Shown: positions 37,277 through 47,217 of the stretch, piece by piece
How the letters are laid out: the number at the start of each line of letters is the position of its first letter
How positions within the stretch are numbered: position 1 is the stretch's first letter
Source: an uncultured Syntrophomonadaceae bacterium
Lineage (GTDB): Bacteria; Bacillota; Dethiobacteria; DTU022
Direction: 5' to 3'
NCBI GenBank assembly: GCA_964390725.1
Contig: CAYMIW010000010.1
Location: 1,721 to 65,720 of the forward strand
Length of the DNA stretch: 64,000 nt
The notes under the pieces: model-generated
What the model saw: only the letters and a program-made list of their open reading frames with translations
What the model was told of the DNA's origin: nothing
Database searches by the model: none
Translations under genes and position numbers: made by a program

Positions 37277-40200
37277 ATGCTGTCCAAGTTCAGTGTTAAC
37301 AGACCCTATACAGTATTTGTTGCCGTTGTCCTGGTCCTGGTGCTTGGTGTTATATCTTTTACCGGGATGACAGTTGATCTTTTTCCCAGTATTGAACTGC
37401 CCATGGTCGTTGCCATCACTACATATCCAGGTGCCAGTCCGGAGTTGGTTGAGCTAGAAGTGACCAGGCCCCTGGAATCAGCCCTTGGTTCAACAAATGG
37501 TTTAAAGGAGATCAGCTCAGTATCCAGTGAAAATTATAGCCTGATCATAATCGAGTTTGAGCAAAATATTAATATGGACAGCGCCATGATTGATTTGTCC
37601 GGTAGTATTGATATGGTTTACGGCCAGCTAAACAGCGAAATTGACAGGCCTATGCTAATGAGAATTAACCCCGACCTGATGCCAATTATTGTTGCAACAG
37701 TAGATATGGAAGGTAAAGATCTGGGTGAAATATCTGCTCTTGTTGATGATACCCTCTTGCCCCGGTTCGAACGAGTAAACGGCGTCGCTTCAGTATCTGC
37801 CTCCGGATTGCTCGAAGAAGAGGTTCGTATATATCTGAACCAGGCTAAAATAGCTGAGCTGAACGAGATTGTCAGAGATGACGTCACCCGGGCTTTTGAT
37901 GATGCTGAAGCTTCATTGGAAGAAGCTCAGCGTGAGCTAGCGGCTGCCCGGTCCAGTCTTAACCGGGAACAGCAGACTCAACAGACCAGCCTGGCTCAGG
38001 CCAGTGCCGAACTGGACAGCATGGTAGCCCAGTTAAATGCCCTGATTGCCGAAGAAACAGTTTTGAGAGCACAGCAGGCCGCTTTTCAACAGGAACAACA
38101 GATTCTATCCCAGCTGGTATCGCTTGATACTTTTTTTGATGAAGAGTTTCCGGTTGGTTTTACTTCTCTTAATCCCGAAGAGTTCCAGGAAATGATTCAG
38201 GATCTACCTGTTTCCCTTCCCGCCCAGCTCGAAGACCTTTCGCCCGAGGAAATGGCTGAAGTGAGGGAAATGGCCATGGCTGCCGTTGCCCGGACCCTGG
38301 CGGTGGAAGCAGAACTACAGAACATAGCTGTCAGGTTGATGACAATTGAAGCCATGCTCCCGGAACTTGAGAAAGGGCTTGCCGAAGCTACAGGAGGCTA
38401 CGCACAGGTTGAATCGGGCAAAATGATGCTTGCTATCGAGCTGGCAAAGGCCGGAATGCAGCTTGAGAGCGGTCAGGCCGAGATTGAAAAAGGATTGGAA
38501 GAAATTGATCAGGCCCGCGAAGATGCCCTGGAGAGTGCTGATGTAAATAACATGATAACGCCGGAGATGGTAGGCAATATAATAATGGCACAGAACTTTG
38601 CCATGCCGGCAGGCTACATGGGAGAAGAAGAACAAGTAGTTAAAGTAAGCGGCCAGTTTAATTCAATTAATGCCCTGGAGAATTCAGTCATTTTTACCCT
38701 TGACAGCACCGGTGATATCCTGGTGTCAGATGTTGCCGATGTTAAACTGGTTAGTAATGCCGGGAACAGTTATGCAAAAGTTAATGGCAATGATGCTGTT
38801 GTCCTTTCTTTCCAGAAGCAGAGCACCGCTTCTACTACCGATGTAACAAAAAATATTATTACTGCCGGAGAATCCATGTCCCGGGAGTATGAAGGTCTTC
38901 GAGTCACAGCCCTAATGGATCAGGGTGAAAATATAAATGTGATTATTGACAGTGTGTGGCAGAACCTGTTGATCGGTGGGGTTATGGCTATATTGATCCT
39001 GATGTTTTTTCTCAAGGATTACCGCCCCACCTTGATTATCGCCCTCAGTATCCCGATCAGCCTGATGTTTGCCATTACACTAATGTATTTCAGCAATGTT
39101 TCTTTAAATATTATTTCACTTTCAGGGCTGGCCCTGGGTGTGGGGATGCTGGTAGATAACAGTGTCGTTGTTATGGAAAATATTTATAGAATGAAAAATA
39201 ACGGAGAAACTGCCTACATGGCGGCGATAAAGGGATCAAAACAGGTAGGGGGAGCGCTTTTTGCCGCTACCCTTACTACAGTTTCTGTTTTTCTGCCCAT
39301 AGTATTTACACAGGGCCTGACCCGTCAGCTGTTCACCGATATGGGCCTCACTATTGCTTACAGTCTGCTGGCCAGCTTGTTTGTTGCCTTAACCCTTGTT
39401 CCAACCCTGGCTTCGACCATGCTTACCGGTAATAATACTGAAAAGCAGGGCTGGTTCACCCGTCTGACCAAGGCTTATGGCCGCCTGCTTTATTATACCC
39501 TGAAGCATAAAATCCTGGTTTTGATTTTGGCAATAGCCCTTCTTGGCCTGAGCATTTATGGAATAACTGTTATCGGGCTGAGCTTCATGCCCGAAATGGA
39601 ATCGGCCCAGATGAGCGCTACCCTGGAAATGCCCCCCGATACGGAAAAACAGGACCTCTATACTGTCGGAGACCAGATTATGGAGAAAATGCTTGAAATT
39701 GATGAAATATCCAGTGTGGGTGTAATGGGGGGGGATTCTTCCGGTATGTTGGGTTTTTCCGGTGGTGATCTCACCTTCTATATTCTGCTGCAGGAAGAAA
39801 GAACCATGTCGAATGCCGAAGTAGCAGAAGAAATATACCGGTTGACGGGCGATATGACTAAGGTTGAACTGAACGTTTCTACTTCAGATATGGATATGTC
39901 CATGCTTGGGGGAAGCGGAATTCAACTGGTTGTTAAAGGAAATTCGCTCGATCAGCTTTATGAAACATCTGCTGAGTTAACTGAAATAATCGCTGCAGTG
40001 GAAGGGATTGCCGCAGTGTCGAGTGGGGTGGAAGAAGGGGGAACAGAAACCAGGATTGAAGTTGACAAGGATGCTGCCATGCGTGAGGGATTAACTGTTG
40101 TCCAGGTGTTTCAGGAGGTAGCGTCGGCCCTCTCCCTGGAAACCCGTTCAACCACCTTAAGAGCTGATAACGGTGATTATCCGGTTATTGTCGTAAGCCC

Positions 40201-41014
40201 TGAGGAAGAAAAAATTAACCGGACCGACTTAAATAGCTTTGCAATTAAAGTTACAGGGCGGGACGGAACTGAAAATGAAGTTATGTTAGGTGATATAGCA
40301 ATTATCAGTGAAGGTTACAGCCCTTCTTCAATCAGCCGGGAAAACCAGTCGCGCTATATAACCCTCAGTGCAGAACTTGAGAGTGGCTACAATGTGGGGC
40401 TGATCAGCCGCGATATTGAAAGCGCGATAGCCGGTTATACCGCTCCCGGCGATATCAGCGTTGAAATGGCTGGAGAAACTGAGTTGATCCAGGGGGCTAT
40501 AAGTGATATGACCCTGATGATCGTTCTTGCAATAATTTTTATCTATTTAATTATGGTAGCCCAGTTCCAGAGCCTGCGCTCTCCGTTTATAATTATATTT
40601 ACCATGCCCCTGGCATTTACCGGAGGCTTACTTTTACTCTGGGCCACGGGCATAGAGTTGTCATTGCCGGCCATGTTAGGATTCCTTGTCCTGGCTGGAA
40701 TTGTTGTAAACAATGGGATTGTTTTTGTTGATTATGTTAATAAACTGCAGGGAGCCGGAAAATCGAGGGAACGGGCCTTGGTTGAAGCCGGAATGACCAG
40801 ATTAAGGCCAATCCTGATGACTACCATAACTACTGTTCTGGCTATGGCCCCCATTGCCCTCGGCCTTGGCAGCGGTTCTGAAGCAACGCAGCCTATGGCA
40901 GTTGTAGCGGTGGGTGGTTTAACTTATGCAACTCTTCTAACCATACTGGTGGTACCGGTAATTTATGACCTGGCAAATCGCAAAACGCCGGCTATAAAGG
41001 CACGGAAAGCCTGA
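37277..41014 (+). CDS. RND (AcrB/SwrC-like) efflux permease with coiled-coil insertion
   Basis: DLFPSIELP, YPGASPE.VE.EVT.PLE, GMLVDNSVVVMENI, GIVVNNGIV, RLRPILMTT. Confidence 0.92.
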   Translation: MLSKFSVNRPYTVFVAVVLVLVLGVISFTGMTVDLFPSIELPMVVAITTYPGASPELVELEVTRPLESALGSTNGLKEISSVSSENYSLIIIEFEQNINMDSAMIDLSGSIDMVYGQLNSEIDRPMLMRINPDLMPIIVATVDMEGKDLGEISALVDDTLLPRFERVNGVASVSASGLLEEEVRIYLNQAKIAELNEIVRDDVTRAFDDAEASLEEAQRELAAARSSLNREQQTQQTSLAQASAELDSMVAQLNALIAEETVLRAQQAAFQQEQQILSQLVSLDTFFDEEFPVGFTSLNPEEFQEMIQDLPVSLPAQLEDLSPEEMAEVREMAMAAVARTLAVEAELQNIAVRLMTIEAMLPELEKGLAEATGGYAQVESGKMMLAIELAKAGMQLESGQAEIEKGLEEIDQAREDALESADVNNMITPEMVGNIIMAQNFAMPAGYMGEEEQVVKVSGQFNSINALENSVIFTLDSTGDILVSDVADVKLVSNAGNSYAKVNGNDAVVLSFQKQSTASTTDVTKNIITAGESMSREYEGLRVTALMDQGENINVIIDSVWQNLLIGGVMAILILMFFLKDYRPTLIIALSIPISLMFAITLMYFSNVSLNIISLSGLALGVGMLVDNSVVVMENIYRMKNNGETAYMAAIKGSKQVGGALFAATLTTVSVFLPIVFTQGLTRQLFTDMGLTIAYSLLASLFVALTLVPTLASTMLTGNNTEKQGWFTRLTKAYGRLLYYTLKHKILVLILAIALLGLSIYGITVIGLSFMPEMESAQMSATLEMPPDTEKQDLYTVGDQIMEKMLEIDEISSVGVMGGDSSGMLGFSGGDLTFYILLQEERTMSNAEVAEEIYRLTGDMTKVELNVSTSDMDMSMLGGSGIQLVVKGNSLDQLYETSAELTEIIAAVEGIAAVSSGVEEGGTETRIEVDKDAAMREGLTVVQVFQEVASALSLETRSTTLRADNGDYPVIVVSPEEEKINRTDLNSFAIKVTGRDGTENEVMLGDIAIISEGYSPSSISRENQSRYITLSAELESGYNVGLISRDIESAIAGYTAPGDISVEMAGETELIQGAISDMTLMIVLAIIFIYLIMVAQFQSLRSPFIIIFTMPLAFTGGLLLLWATGIELSLPAMLGFLVLAGIVVNNGIVFVDYVNKLQGAGKSRERALVEAGMTRLRPILMTTITTVLAMAPIALGLGSGSEATQPMAVVAVGGLTYATLLTILVVPVIYDLANRKTPAIKARKA

Positions 41015-41053
41015 TCTTTTTAAGAAGCATTAAAGCCGGAAAGCAACCGGAGG

Positions 41054-41746
41054 ATGAAAATGTCATACCAAATTTATTTAGTTGAAGATGAACCCAATTT
41101 AAATCGTCTCCTGACTTCTTACCTGCAAAAGGAAGGGTGGACAGTTTATCCTTTTCACACCGGTGAAGAGGCACGTCAGGCAATGAATGTAAAACCGCAT
41201 TTGTGGATTCTCGATATAATGCTGCCTGACAGTAATGGGTACGAGTTGATTGATGAAATAAAAAATAAAACACCGCAGGTCCCTGTCATCTTTATATCAG
41301 CGCGTGATTCTGATCTTGATCGGATTATTGGGCTGGAAAAGGGCAGTGACGATTACCTGCCTAAACCTTTTTTGCCTCGTGAGCTGATTATTCGTGTAAG
41401 TAAACTGCTGGAACGGGTTTATGGAAGCCAGGACGCAGTCGATAGTGACAAGAACATTTTTGAAGAAGGCTCATACAGAATCAATTCCCGGAAAAGGTCT
41501 GTCACAGAGGACGGTACAAGGGTTGATCTGACCTCAAAAGAATTTGATCTTATACTCCTGTTTGTTGAAAACCCGGGAAGTGCTCTTTCCCGGGAGCAAA
41601 TCCTAACCCATATCTGGGGGAATGTTTACTACGGCAGTGATCGTGTAGTAGATGACCTGGTCAGGCGTCTGCGTAAAAAAATGCCCCACCTGGACATTGA
41701 AACAATATATGGCTATGGATACAGGATGGTGTCGGGGGCATGCTAA
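41054..41746 (+). CDS. OmpR-family response regulator (CssR-like)
   Basis: LVEDE, LDIMLPD, DDYLPKPF, R.VDDLVRRLRKK, ETIYGYGY. Confidence 0.93.
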   Translation: MKMSYQIYLVEDEPNLNRLLTSYLQKEGWTVYPFHTGEEARQAMNVKPHLWILDIMLPDSNGYELIDEIKNKTPQVPVIFISARDSDLDRIIGLEKGSDDYLPKPFLPRELIIRVSKLLERVYGSQDAVDSDKNIFEEGSYRINSRKRSVTEDGTRVDLTSKEFDLILLFVENPGSALSREQILTHIWGNVYYGSDRVVDDLVRRLRKKMPHLDIETIYGYGYRMVSGAC

Positions 41747-43122
41747 AGCATAAACCTCTTTCCATACAAATCTGGCTGATATTCGGGTTTACAATGGTTC
41801 TTTCAATTTTTTTAATGCTGCTGGTGCCATGGTTTCTTGCTTACTTTTTTTCCCCCGGTGCTCATGCTTTTATTGATCAGGCCCAGGAAAACATCCTGGA
41901 AGATTATGAACACGAGCAAGTTTCCCTTGAAGAATTACCTTATGCCGAATCAACTGTTAACAGGTATTTCCCTTCAACTTTATACCATATGGTAATATAC
42001 CATGATGGAACTGTCGTTACCTCAAACCTCTTTCCGGCCAACCTTATGGAAGAAATCAAAGAAGAAATATCTATTCTGGAAGAGACCGGTGTCAACCTGG
42101 TTAAGGGTAGTGTCGGTGAAGCCAACATATACTATGTCGCGCGCACGATAAATGACACCGATAACCAGGCCTACCTGGTTACATACATGTGGGATATCTA
42201 CCAGGATGAAGTATTTCAGGGTATCTTTTACCGTTTGATAGGTATGATAGGGCTTATCCTGCTTCTCTGTCTCTTTCCGGCACTATTACTGGCCCGTTAC
42301 ATATCCAAGCCCCTGGTTAAACTGGAAAGCCATGTCAGGTCAATTGCCGAGAGAGACTGGCATCATTCTATTAAGGTGAACCGGGGTGATGAAATCGGCA
42401 GCCTGGCTGTTTCCATTGAAAAAATGCGCCAGAGGCTTATTCAGCAAGACCAGGCGCAGCAGTCATTTTTACAGAACATATCTCATGAATTAAAAACCCC
42501 GGTGATGGTAATACGCAGTTATACCCAGTCTATATCTGACGGAATATTCCCCCAGGGAAATCTGGCCAGCACAGTAAAGGTAATTGACGAAGAATCAGAA
42601 CGTTTGGAAAGAAGGATTCAGGATCTTCTCTATCTGACTAAGATTGATTATTTATCGACGCATGAACCGGCAAATAAAAAGACAGAATTGTCTGCTGTGC
42701 TGGAGGATGTGGTCAGGAGATTGCGACGTCGCCGCAGCGAGCTAAACTGGTCAATTACTTTGTCTCCTCATGAAGTGTACGGTTCTGCTGAACAGTGGAC
42801 TGTGGTGTTTGAGAATTTACTTGATAATCAGATTCGCTATGCTGATCAACAGATAGAAGTTGAGCTGGCTGAAGGAAGTAATAAAGATGGAGAAAAAACG
42901 GCAGTAATCAGGCTCTGGAACGATGGGCCGCCCATTGACGATAAAGTGAAGAGCAGGCTTTTTCAGCAGTTTAGTCGTGGTCCGGGAGGGCAATTTGGGC
43001 TCGGGCTGTCAATTGTTCAACGCTTGGTCTGGCTATATAAAGGTCGTGTATGGGCGGTCAATGAAGGTGGAGGGGCAGCTTTTTACGTGGAAATACCCCT
43101 TCATGTTGAGCCCCAGAGCTAA
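41740..43122 (+). CDS. Sensor histidine kinase (CssS-like)
   Basis: Two TMs, HAMP (DEIGSLA), QNISHELKTP, ENLLDNQIRYA, GLGLSIV. Confidence 0.93.
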   Translation: MLKHKPLSIQIWLIFGFTMVLSIFLMLLVPWFLAYFFSPGAHAFIDQAQENILEDYEHEQVSLEELPYAESTVNRYFPSTLYHMVIYHDGTVVTSNLFPANLMEEIKEEISILEETGVNLVKGSVGEANIYYVARTINDTDNQAYLVTYMWDIYQDEVFQGIFYRLIGMIGLILLLCLFPALLLARYISKPLVKLESHVRSIAERDWHHSIKVNRGDEIGSLAVSIEKMRQRLIQQDQAQQSFLQNISHELKTPVMVIRSYTQSISDGIFPQGNLASTVKVIDEESERLERRIQDLLYLTKIDYLSTHEPANKKTELSAVLEDVVRRLRRRRSELNWSITLSPHEVYGSAEQWTVVFENLLDNQIRYADQQIEVELAEGSNKDGEKTAVIRLWNDGPPIDDKVKSRLFQQFSRGPGGQFGLGLSIVQRLVWLYKGRVWAVNEGGGAAFYVEIPLHVEPQS

Positions 43123-43234
43123 CAGCTAAGGGCTGTCTTAAAGTGGTCGATCAAAAAATAATCAGGGGATAATTATAATTACACCAGGGTGTGGGTTTTT
43201 CTATGTTTTTATATGAAGAACCTGCATTTTTTTA

Positions 43235-43287
43235 TTGACCCGCTAAAGAAATGGTATTATAATATAATTAAATAAACGTTTAGTCAA
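43235..43287 (+). promoter_or_regulatory. Sigma-A promoter and putative TetR operator
   Basis: TTGACC (43235-43240), 17 nt, TATAAT (43258-43263); TAAACGTTTAGTCAA at 43273-43287. Confidence 0.65.
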
Positions 43288-43302
43288 AAAGGCGGGATCA
43301 GC

Positions 43303-44034
43303 TTGCCAAATCGGATTAAAGATGAAGCTAAAGATCGCATATTAAGTGCATCAATAACTTTATTCTCTGAAAAGGGCTTTGATGGAACCCGTGTTAATGA
43401 AATAGCACAAGAGGCAGAGGTAAATAAGGCGCTTATATACTATTACTTTAAAAACAAGGAAGATATACTTGATCATTTAATTGAGAATCTCTTTACCGAG
43501 TTAACCGGGCTATCCCTTCAGTTTATTGGCGATAATGTGGTCAGAATGATTAAAGACAGCGAACTGGACATCAAGGCTGACCGGTTTCATTTCAGTAATA
43601 AACAGGCGCTGGGAAAGTTCTTGGAACAGACAGATATATATATTGAAAGACTTATAGATTACGCTATTGAAAGACGGCACATCCTGAGGATTCTCTTACT
43701 TGAATCACTAAAGAAACGTAAACACCAGAATGGTTTGTTCCGCTTCATGGAGATGACATACAACAGCGACTCCAACCCTCTCTATAAAACAATAAAAGAA
43801 GCTGACAGTGATTATAATGTTCCGGACAGTACTCCCCTGGTAAAATTTTTCTTTGGCCTGGTGCCGATCATAAATTTTGCCGCCTATTATGACGACTGGC
43901 TTAAAACAGATTTGGAAATTGATGAAAAGAGGCTGCGCGGCACATTTGCCGGTATATACCGGTTTATGATTAAAGGGTTTGTTTCAGATACTGACATCTT
44001 GATCAATGGTATGCTGGATGGCTGCCTTGATTAG
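43303..44034 (+). CDS. TetR/AcrR-family regulator
   Basis: ILSASITLFSEKGFDGTRVNEIAQEAEVNKALIYYYFKNKEDIL. Confidence 0.92.
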   Translation: MPNRIKDEAKDRILSASITLFSEKGFDGTRVNEIAQEAEVNKALIYYYFKNKEDILDHLIENLFTELTGLSLQFIGDNVVRMIKDSELDIKADRFHFSNKQALGKFLEQTDIYIERLIDYAIERRHILRILLLESLKKRKHQNGLFRFMEMTYNSDSNPLYKTIKEADSDYNVPDSTPLVKFFFGLVPIINFAAYYDDWLKTDLEIDEKRLRGTFAGIYRFMIKGFVSDTDILINGMLDGCLD

Positions 44035-44086
44035 CTGTTCAAGGGTTAAAAGTGCTGAGAAGGGGAACAAAAAAATTTGGGACAAT

Positions 44087-44102
44087 TTAACCGTTTGGTT
44101 AA
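44087..44102 (+). promoter_or_regulatory. Palindromic operator upstream of the radical SAM gene
   Basis: TTAACC-GTTT-GGTTAA; 12/15 identical to the site upstream of tetR. Confidence 0.6.
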
Positions 44103-44274
44103 TAAGTGAATATTCAGTTATTCCGGTCCATGCTCTTTTCTTTGTAGTTTAAACTATTGTTGTTTCGGCGAAAGAGGGTGGTTGAATTGTTGGCCGGCGA
44201 GCATGTTTGAAAGGTGCTTAATGAATTTGCCCGGGAGGTATTTAAAAAGTTGTTGCTTGTAAGGAGGTATTAAA

Positions 44275-45636
44275 ATGTCTTTCGAATCAGTTAAAAAAAT
44301 TGCAGCCGAGTTTGCCATTGACAGAGTTGTAAACTATGTTTCTCAAAACCCGGCTCAGAATATAATGACCCTGATGGATTTCGCCGGGCGGGTAGCTAAT
44401 CAACCTGATCAAAAAGAAAACATCAATAAGCTCAAAGAGCATTTTAAGCATAATCCGCTTATATTTGAGCAGGCCAGGCGAGTGGTGAAAAACCCCAAAA
44501 TGCTTAAAAAACTAATGATTAATTGGGTGGCAAACAATGAACTGGCTGGTAGAAGTATTCGAGAAGAACATGCCAGGAAACTTGGCGTGTCTGTGCCAAG
44601 CCTGATCCTGATAGACCCAACATCAGCATGCAACCTGCGTTGTGAGGGCTGCTGGGCGGGAGAATATAAAAAAACAGACAGCCTGGATCCTGAACTGCTT
44701 GACCGTATTTTCCGTGAAGCCAGGGAACTTGGTATATTCTGGATAGTTTTATCCGGAGGAGAACCTTTTGCTTATAAGCCCCTGCTGGATGTTGTTGCAG
44801 ATCATCCTGATCTAGTCTTTATGGCTTACACCAACGGGACCCTTATTGATGAAAAAACTGCCGACCGCCTTGCCGATCTGGCCAATTTATCTCCAGCCTT
44901 TAGTCTCGAGGGTTGGCGCGAACAGACTGATGCGCGACGCGGGGACGGTGTTTTTGATAAAGTGATGCGATCAATGGACTTACTCAGTGAACGCGGAGTT
45001 TTCTTCGGCGTGTCGGTAACAGCCACCAGGGATAATGTTGACACTCTTTTTAGTGATGATTATATTGACTTTCTGGTTGATAAGGGAGCTGTTTACGAGT
45101 GGTGTTTTCATTACATTCCCATTGGCCGTAATCCTAATACGAATCTAATGTTAACGCCTGATCAGCGGGCTTGGTTAGCCAACAGGGTTCCTGAACTTCG
45201 CCGGGAAAAACCGATCATGATAGCTGATTTTTGGAATGATGGTGAAGCTACCCGTGGTTGCATTGCCGGTGGAAGAATGTATTTTCATATCAATGCCCAG
45301 GGCGATGTTGAACCTTGTGCCTTTGCCCACTTCGCAGCCGATAACATAAAAGATAAAAGCTTGAAAGATGTACTCCAGAATCCGCTTTTTAAATCATTTC
45401 AAAAACGTCAGCCTTTTAATGATAATCATCTGGCACCATGCCCGATCATTGACAATCCCCAGGCCTTGCGTGATATTGTAATTGAGAGTAAGGCCAGGGC
45501 TACCCACCAGGGTGCTGCTGAAGTGCTGGAAGGGCCTGTAGCTGTTCACTTGGATCAGATTTCATTGCAGTGGAAAGAAAAAGCCGATAAAATTAAGGCC
45601 GCCAGAGAACAGGCAAAAGAACCTGCACATGCCTGA
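44275..45636 (+). CDS. Radical SAM/SPASM-type enzyme with N-terminal helical extension
   Basis: IDPTSACNLRCEGC, SGGEPF, TNGT, DFWNDG..GCIAGG..HINAQGDVEPCAF..PCPIIDNP. Confidence 0.9.
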   Translation: MSFESVKKIAAEFAIDRVVNYVSQNPAQNIMTLMDFAGRVANQPDQKENINKLKEHFKHNPLIFEQARRVVKNPKMLKKLMINWVANNELAGRSIREEHARKLGVSVPSLILIDPTSACNLRCEGCWAGEYKKTDSLDPELLDRIFREARELGIFWIVLSGGEPFAYKPLLDVVADHPDLVFMAYTNGTLIDEKTADRLADLANLSPAFSLEGWREQTDARRGDGVFDKVMRSMDLLSERGVFFGVSVTATRDNVDTLFSDDYIDFLVDKGAVYEWCFHYIPIGRNPNTNLMLTPDQRAWLANRVPELRREKPIMIADFWNDGEATRGCIAGGRMYFHINAQGDVEPCAFAHFAADNIKDKSLKDVLQNPLFKSFQKRQPFNDNHLAPCPIIDNPQALRDIVIESKARATHQGAAEVLEGPVAVHLDQISLQWKEKADKIKAAREQAKEPAHA

Positions 45637-45648
45637 TTTTGAAAGCTG

Positions 45649-45685
45649 AATAAAGGAGGCGGATTTGTTATCTGCCTCCTTTTAT
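45649..45685 (+). terminator. Intrinsic terminator after the radical SAM gene
   Basis: AAAGGAGGCGGAT-TTGTT-ATCTGCCTCCTTT followed by T-rich sequence. Confidence 0.8.
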
Positions 45686-45886
45686 TATTTCCGTATCCAT
45701 ATTCTAAAAAATTGATTGTTTGGATAACCGGTAAAATAAGCATACCTCAATGCCTTATTCCGCTGACAAGTTTTATGATGAAATATTTCGCAGTGTCGAA
45801 AAGGGGAGAAATTAATTACTAAAATATGTAAAGGTATAAAAGGGGACATGTCGAATTAAACTATAACCAATAACCGATATGGAGGC

Positions 45887-46426
45887 ATGAGTATGAAAAC
45901 TGCTTTAATGGCCGGCAGTAGGAAAAAGCGTTTACACTTATTAACGACGGCGGTATTTTTTGTTGCAGCAACACTGATTCTTGTTTCGCCTGTTATGGCG
46001 GCTCTGCATGGTGATGTCAATAGTGACGGCAGTATTGATGTTCAGGATGTAGCCCTGACCATGCGTCACGCCCTGGGCCTTGAAACACTGAACGACCTGC
46101 AGGGTTTTCTTGCTGATGTAAATGGTGACGGAATCGTCAATGTGCAGGATGTAAGCCAGGTTATGCAGAAATCGCTTGGTTTAATTGACAGTTTTACAGA
46201 TGCTCCGATTCCGGAAACTGACCTTGTTGATGATTTCATTTCGGCCCCTGGACTTTCTCCCGGAACAAAGATGATTGTGGTGACTCTTGCTGTTGAAAAC
46301 CAGGAGCAATACAGGGTTTTTATCGGTTCAAAAACCCTATATTACAGTGAATCAGTTGAAGGTTTCCTGGGCGAAGTTCCGGAAGACGATGCCCTGATTG
46401 AAAATGTAATTGTCTACAAAAAGTAG
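45887..46426 (+). CDS. Secreted dockerin-domain protein
   Basis: Signal peptide ending VMA; duplicated Ca loops GDVNSDGSIDVQD and ADVNGDGIVNVQD. Confidence 0.8.
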   Translation: MSMKTALMAGSRKKRLHLLTTAVFFVAATLILVSPVMAALHGDVNSDGSIDVQDVALTMRHALGLETLNDLQGFLADVNGDGIVNVQDVSQVMQKSLGLIDSFTDAPIPETDLVDDFISAPGLSPGTKMIVVTLAVENQEQYRVFIGSKTLYYSESVEGFLGEVPEDDALIENVIVYKK

Positions 46427-46444
46427 AACAGGAGAACAAACGAT

Positions 46445-47146
46445 ATGTTCCAACCTGGTGATCCTGCTGAGGTAATTGAGAGATGCCACGGCTTTAAAGG
46501 TGAGTTGCAGCTGCAGCGACGCGGGCGGGAATATGAAATTATTTATAACGGAGTCTTTATTATGGCTACCTATAACGGTGCTTCGGAGAAAGCAGCTGTC
46601 AGGGATGCTCTGCAAAAGGCGGCTACCTCATGTGCCACTCCCTTAAAAGTATTGATCGGAGGGCTGGGGGTTGGGTTCAGCCTCAGGGAGGCTCTTGACT
46701 ATCCGGCGGTTTCGGATGTAACGGTGGTTGAACTGGAGCCTGCGGTCATAAAATGGAACCACAATGTACTGGCCGAAGTAAATGGTAATGCCCTGGCCGA
46801 TCCAAGAACCTTAATCCTTAACGATGATTTTCGGAAGGTTCTTCGGAACAAGGGAGGGCATCATTCCGGTAACCTATCCGGAAAGTTTCATGTAGTTATG
46901 GTCGACACTGATAACGGCAGCAGTTGGCTCAGCCTGCCTGATAATGCTGAGATCTACAGCGAGGATGGCCTTAGCTTGACCCTTAAGCGTCTTTATCCCG
47001 GAGGAGCCGCCTGTTTCTGGGCTGCCCGGCGGGAAGAAGAATTCGAAGAGAGGTTGAAGAAATATTTTCACCGGGTTCAGTTTCGCACTGTGCCGGAGAA
47101 GACCGGCCACGACGGCTGTTATTATCTAGCGCAGAAAGCACTTTGA
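46445..47146 (+). CDS. Spermidine synthase-like SAM-binding protein
   Basis: NGVFIM..SE, VLIGGLGVGFSL, VVELEPAVI, VMVDTDNG. Confidence 0.8.
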   Translation: MFQPGDPAEVIERCHGFKGELQLQRRGREYEIIYNGVFIMATYNGASEKAAVRDALQKAATSCATPLKVLIGGLGVGFSLREALDYPAVSDVTVVELEPAVIKWNHNVLAEVNGNALADPRTLILNDDFRKVLRNKGGHHSGNLSGKFHVVMVDTDNGSSWLSLPDNAEIYSEDGLSLTLKRLYPGGAACFWAARREEEFEERLKKYFHRVQFRTVPEKTGHDGCYYLAQKAL

Positions 47147-47181
47147 CAGGGTTAATTATTCAAAAAAACTGTAATTAATAT

Positions 47182-47217
47182 ACCCGGCGGGTTAGTAACT
47201 GTTACTTCTCGCCGGGT
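47182..47217. terminator. Hairpin between convergent genes
   Basis: ACCCGGCG..AGTAAC-T-GTTACT..CGCCGGGT. Confidence 0.6.
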
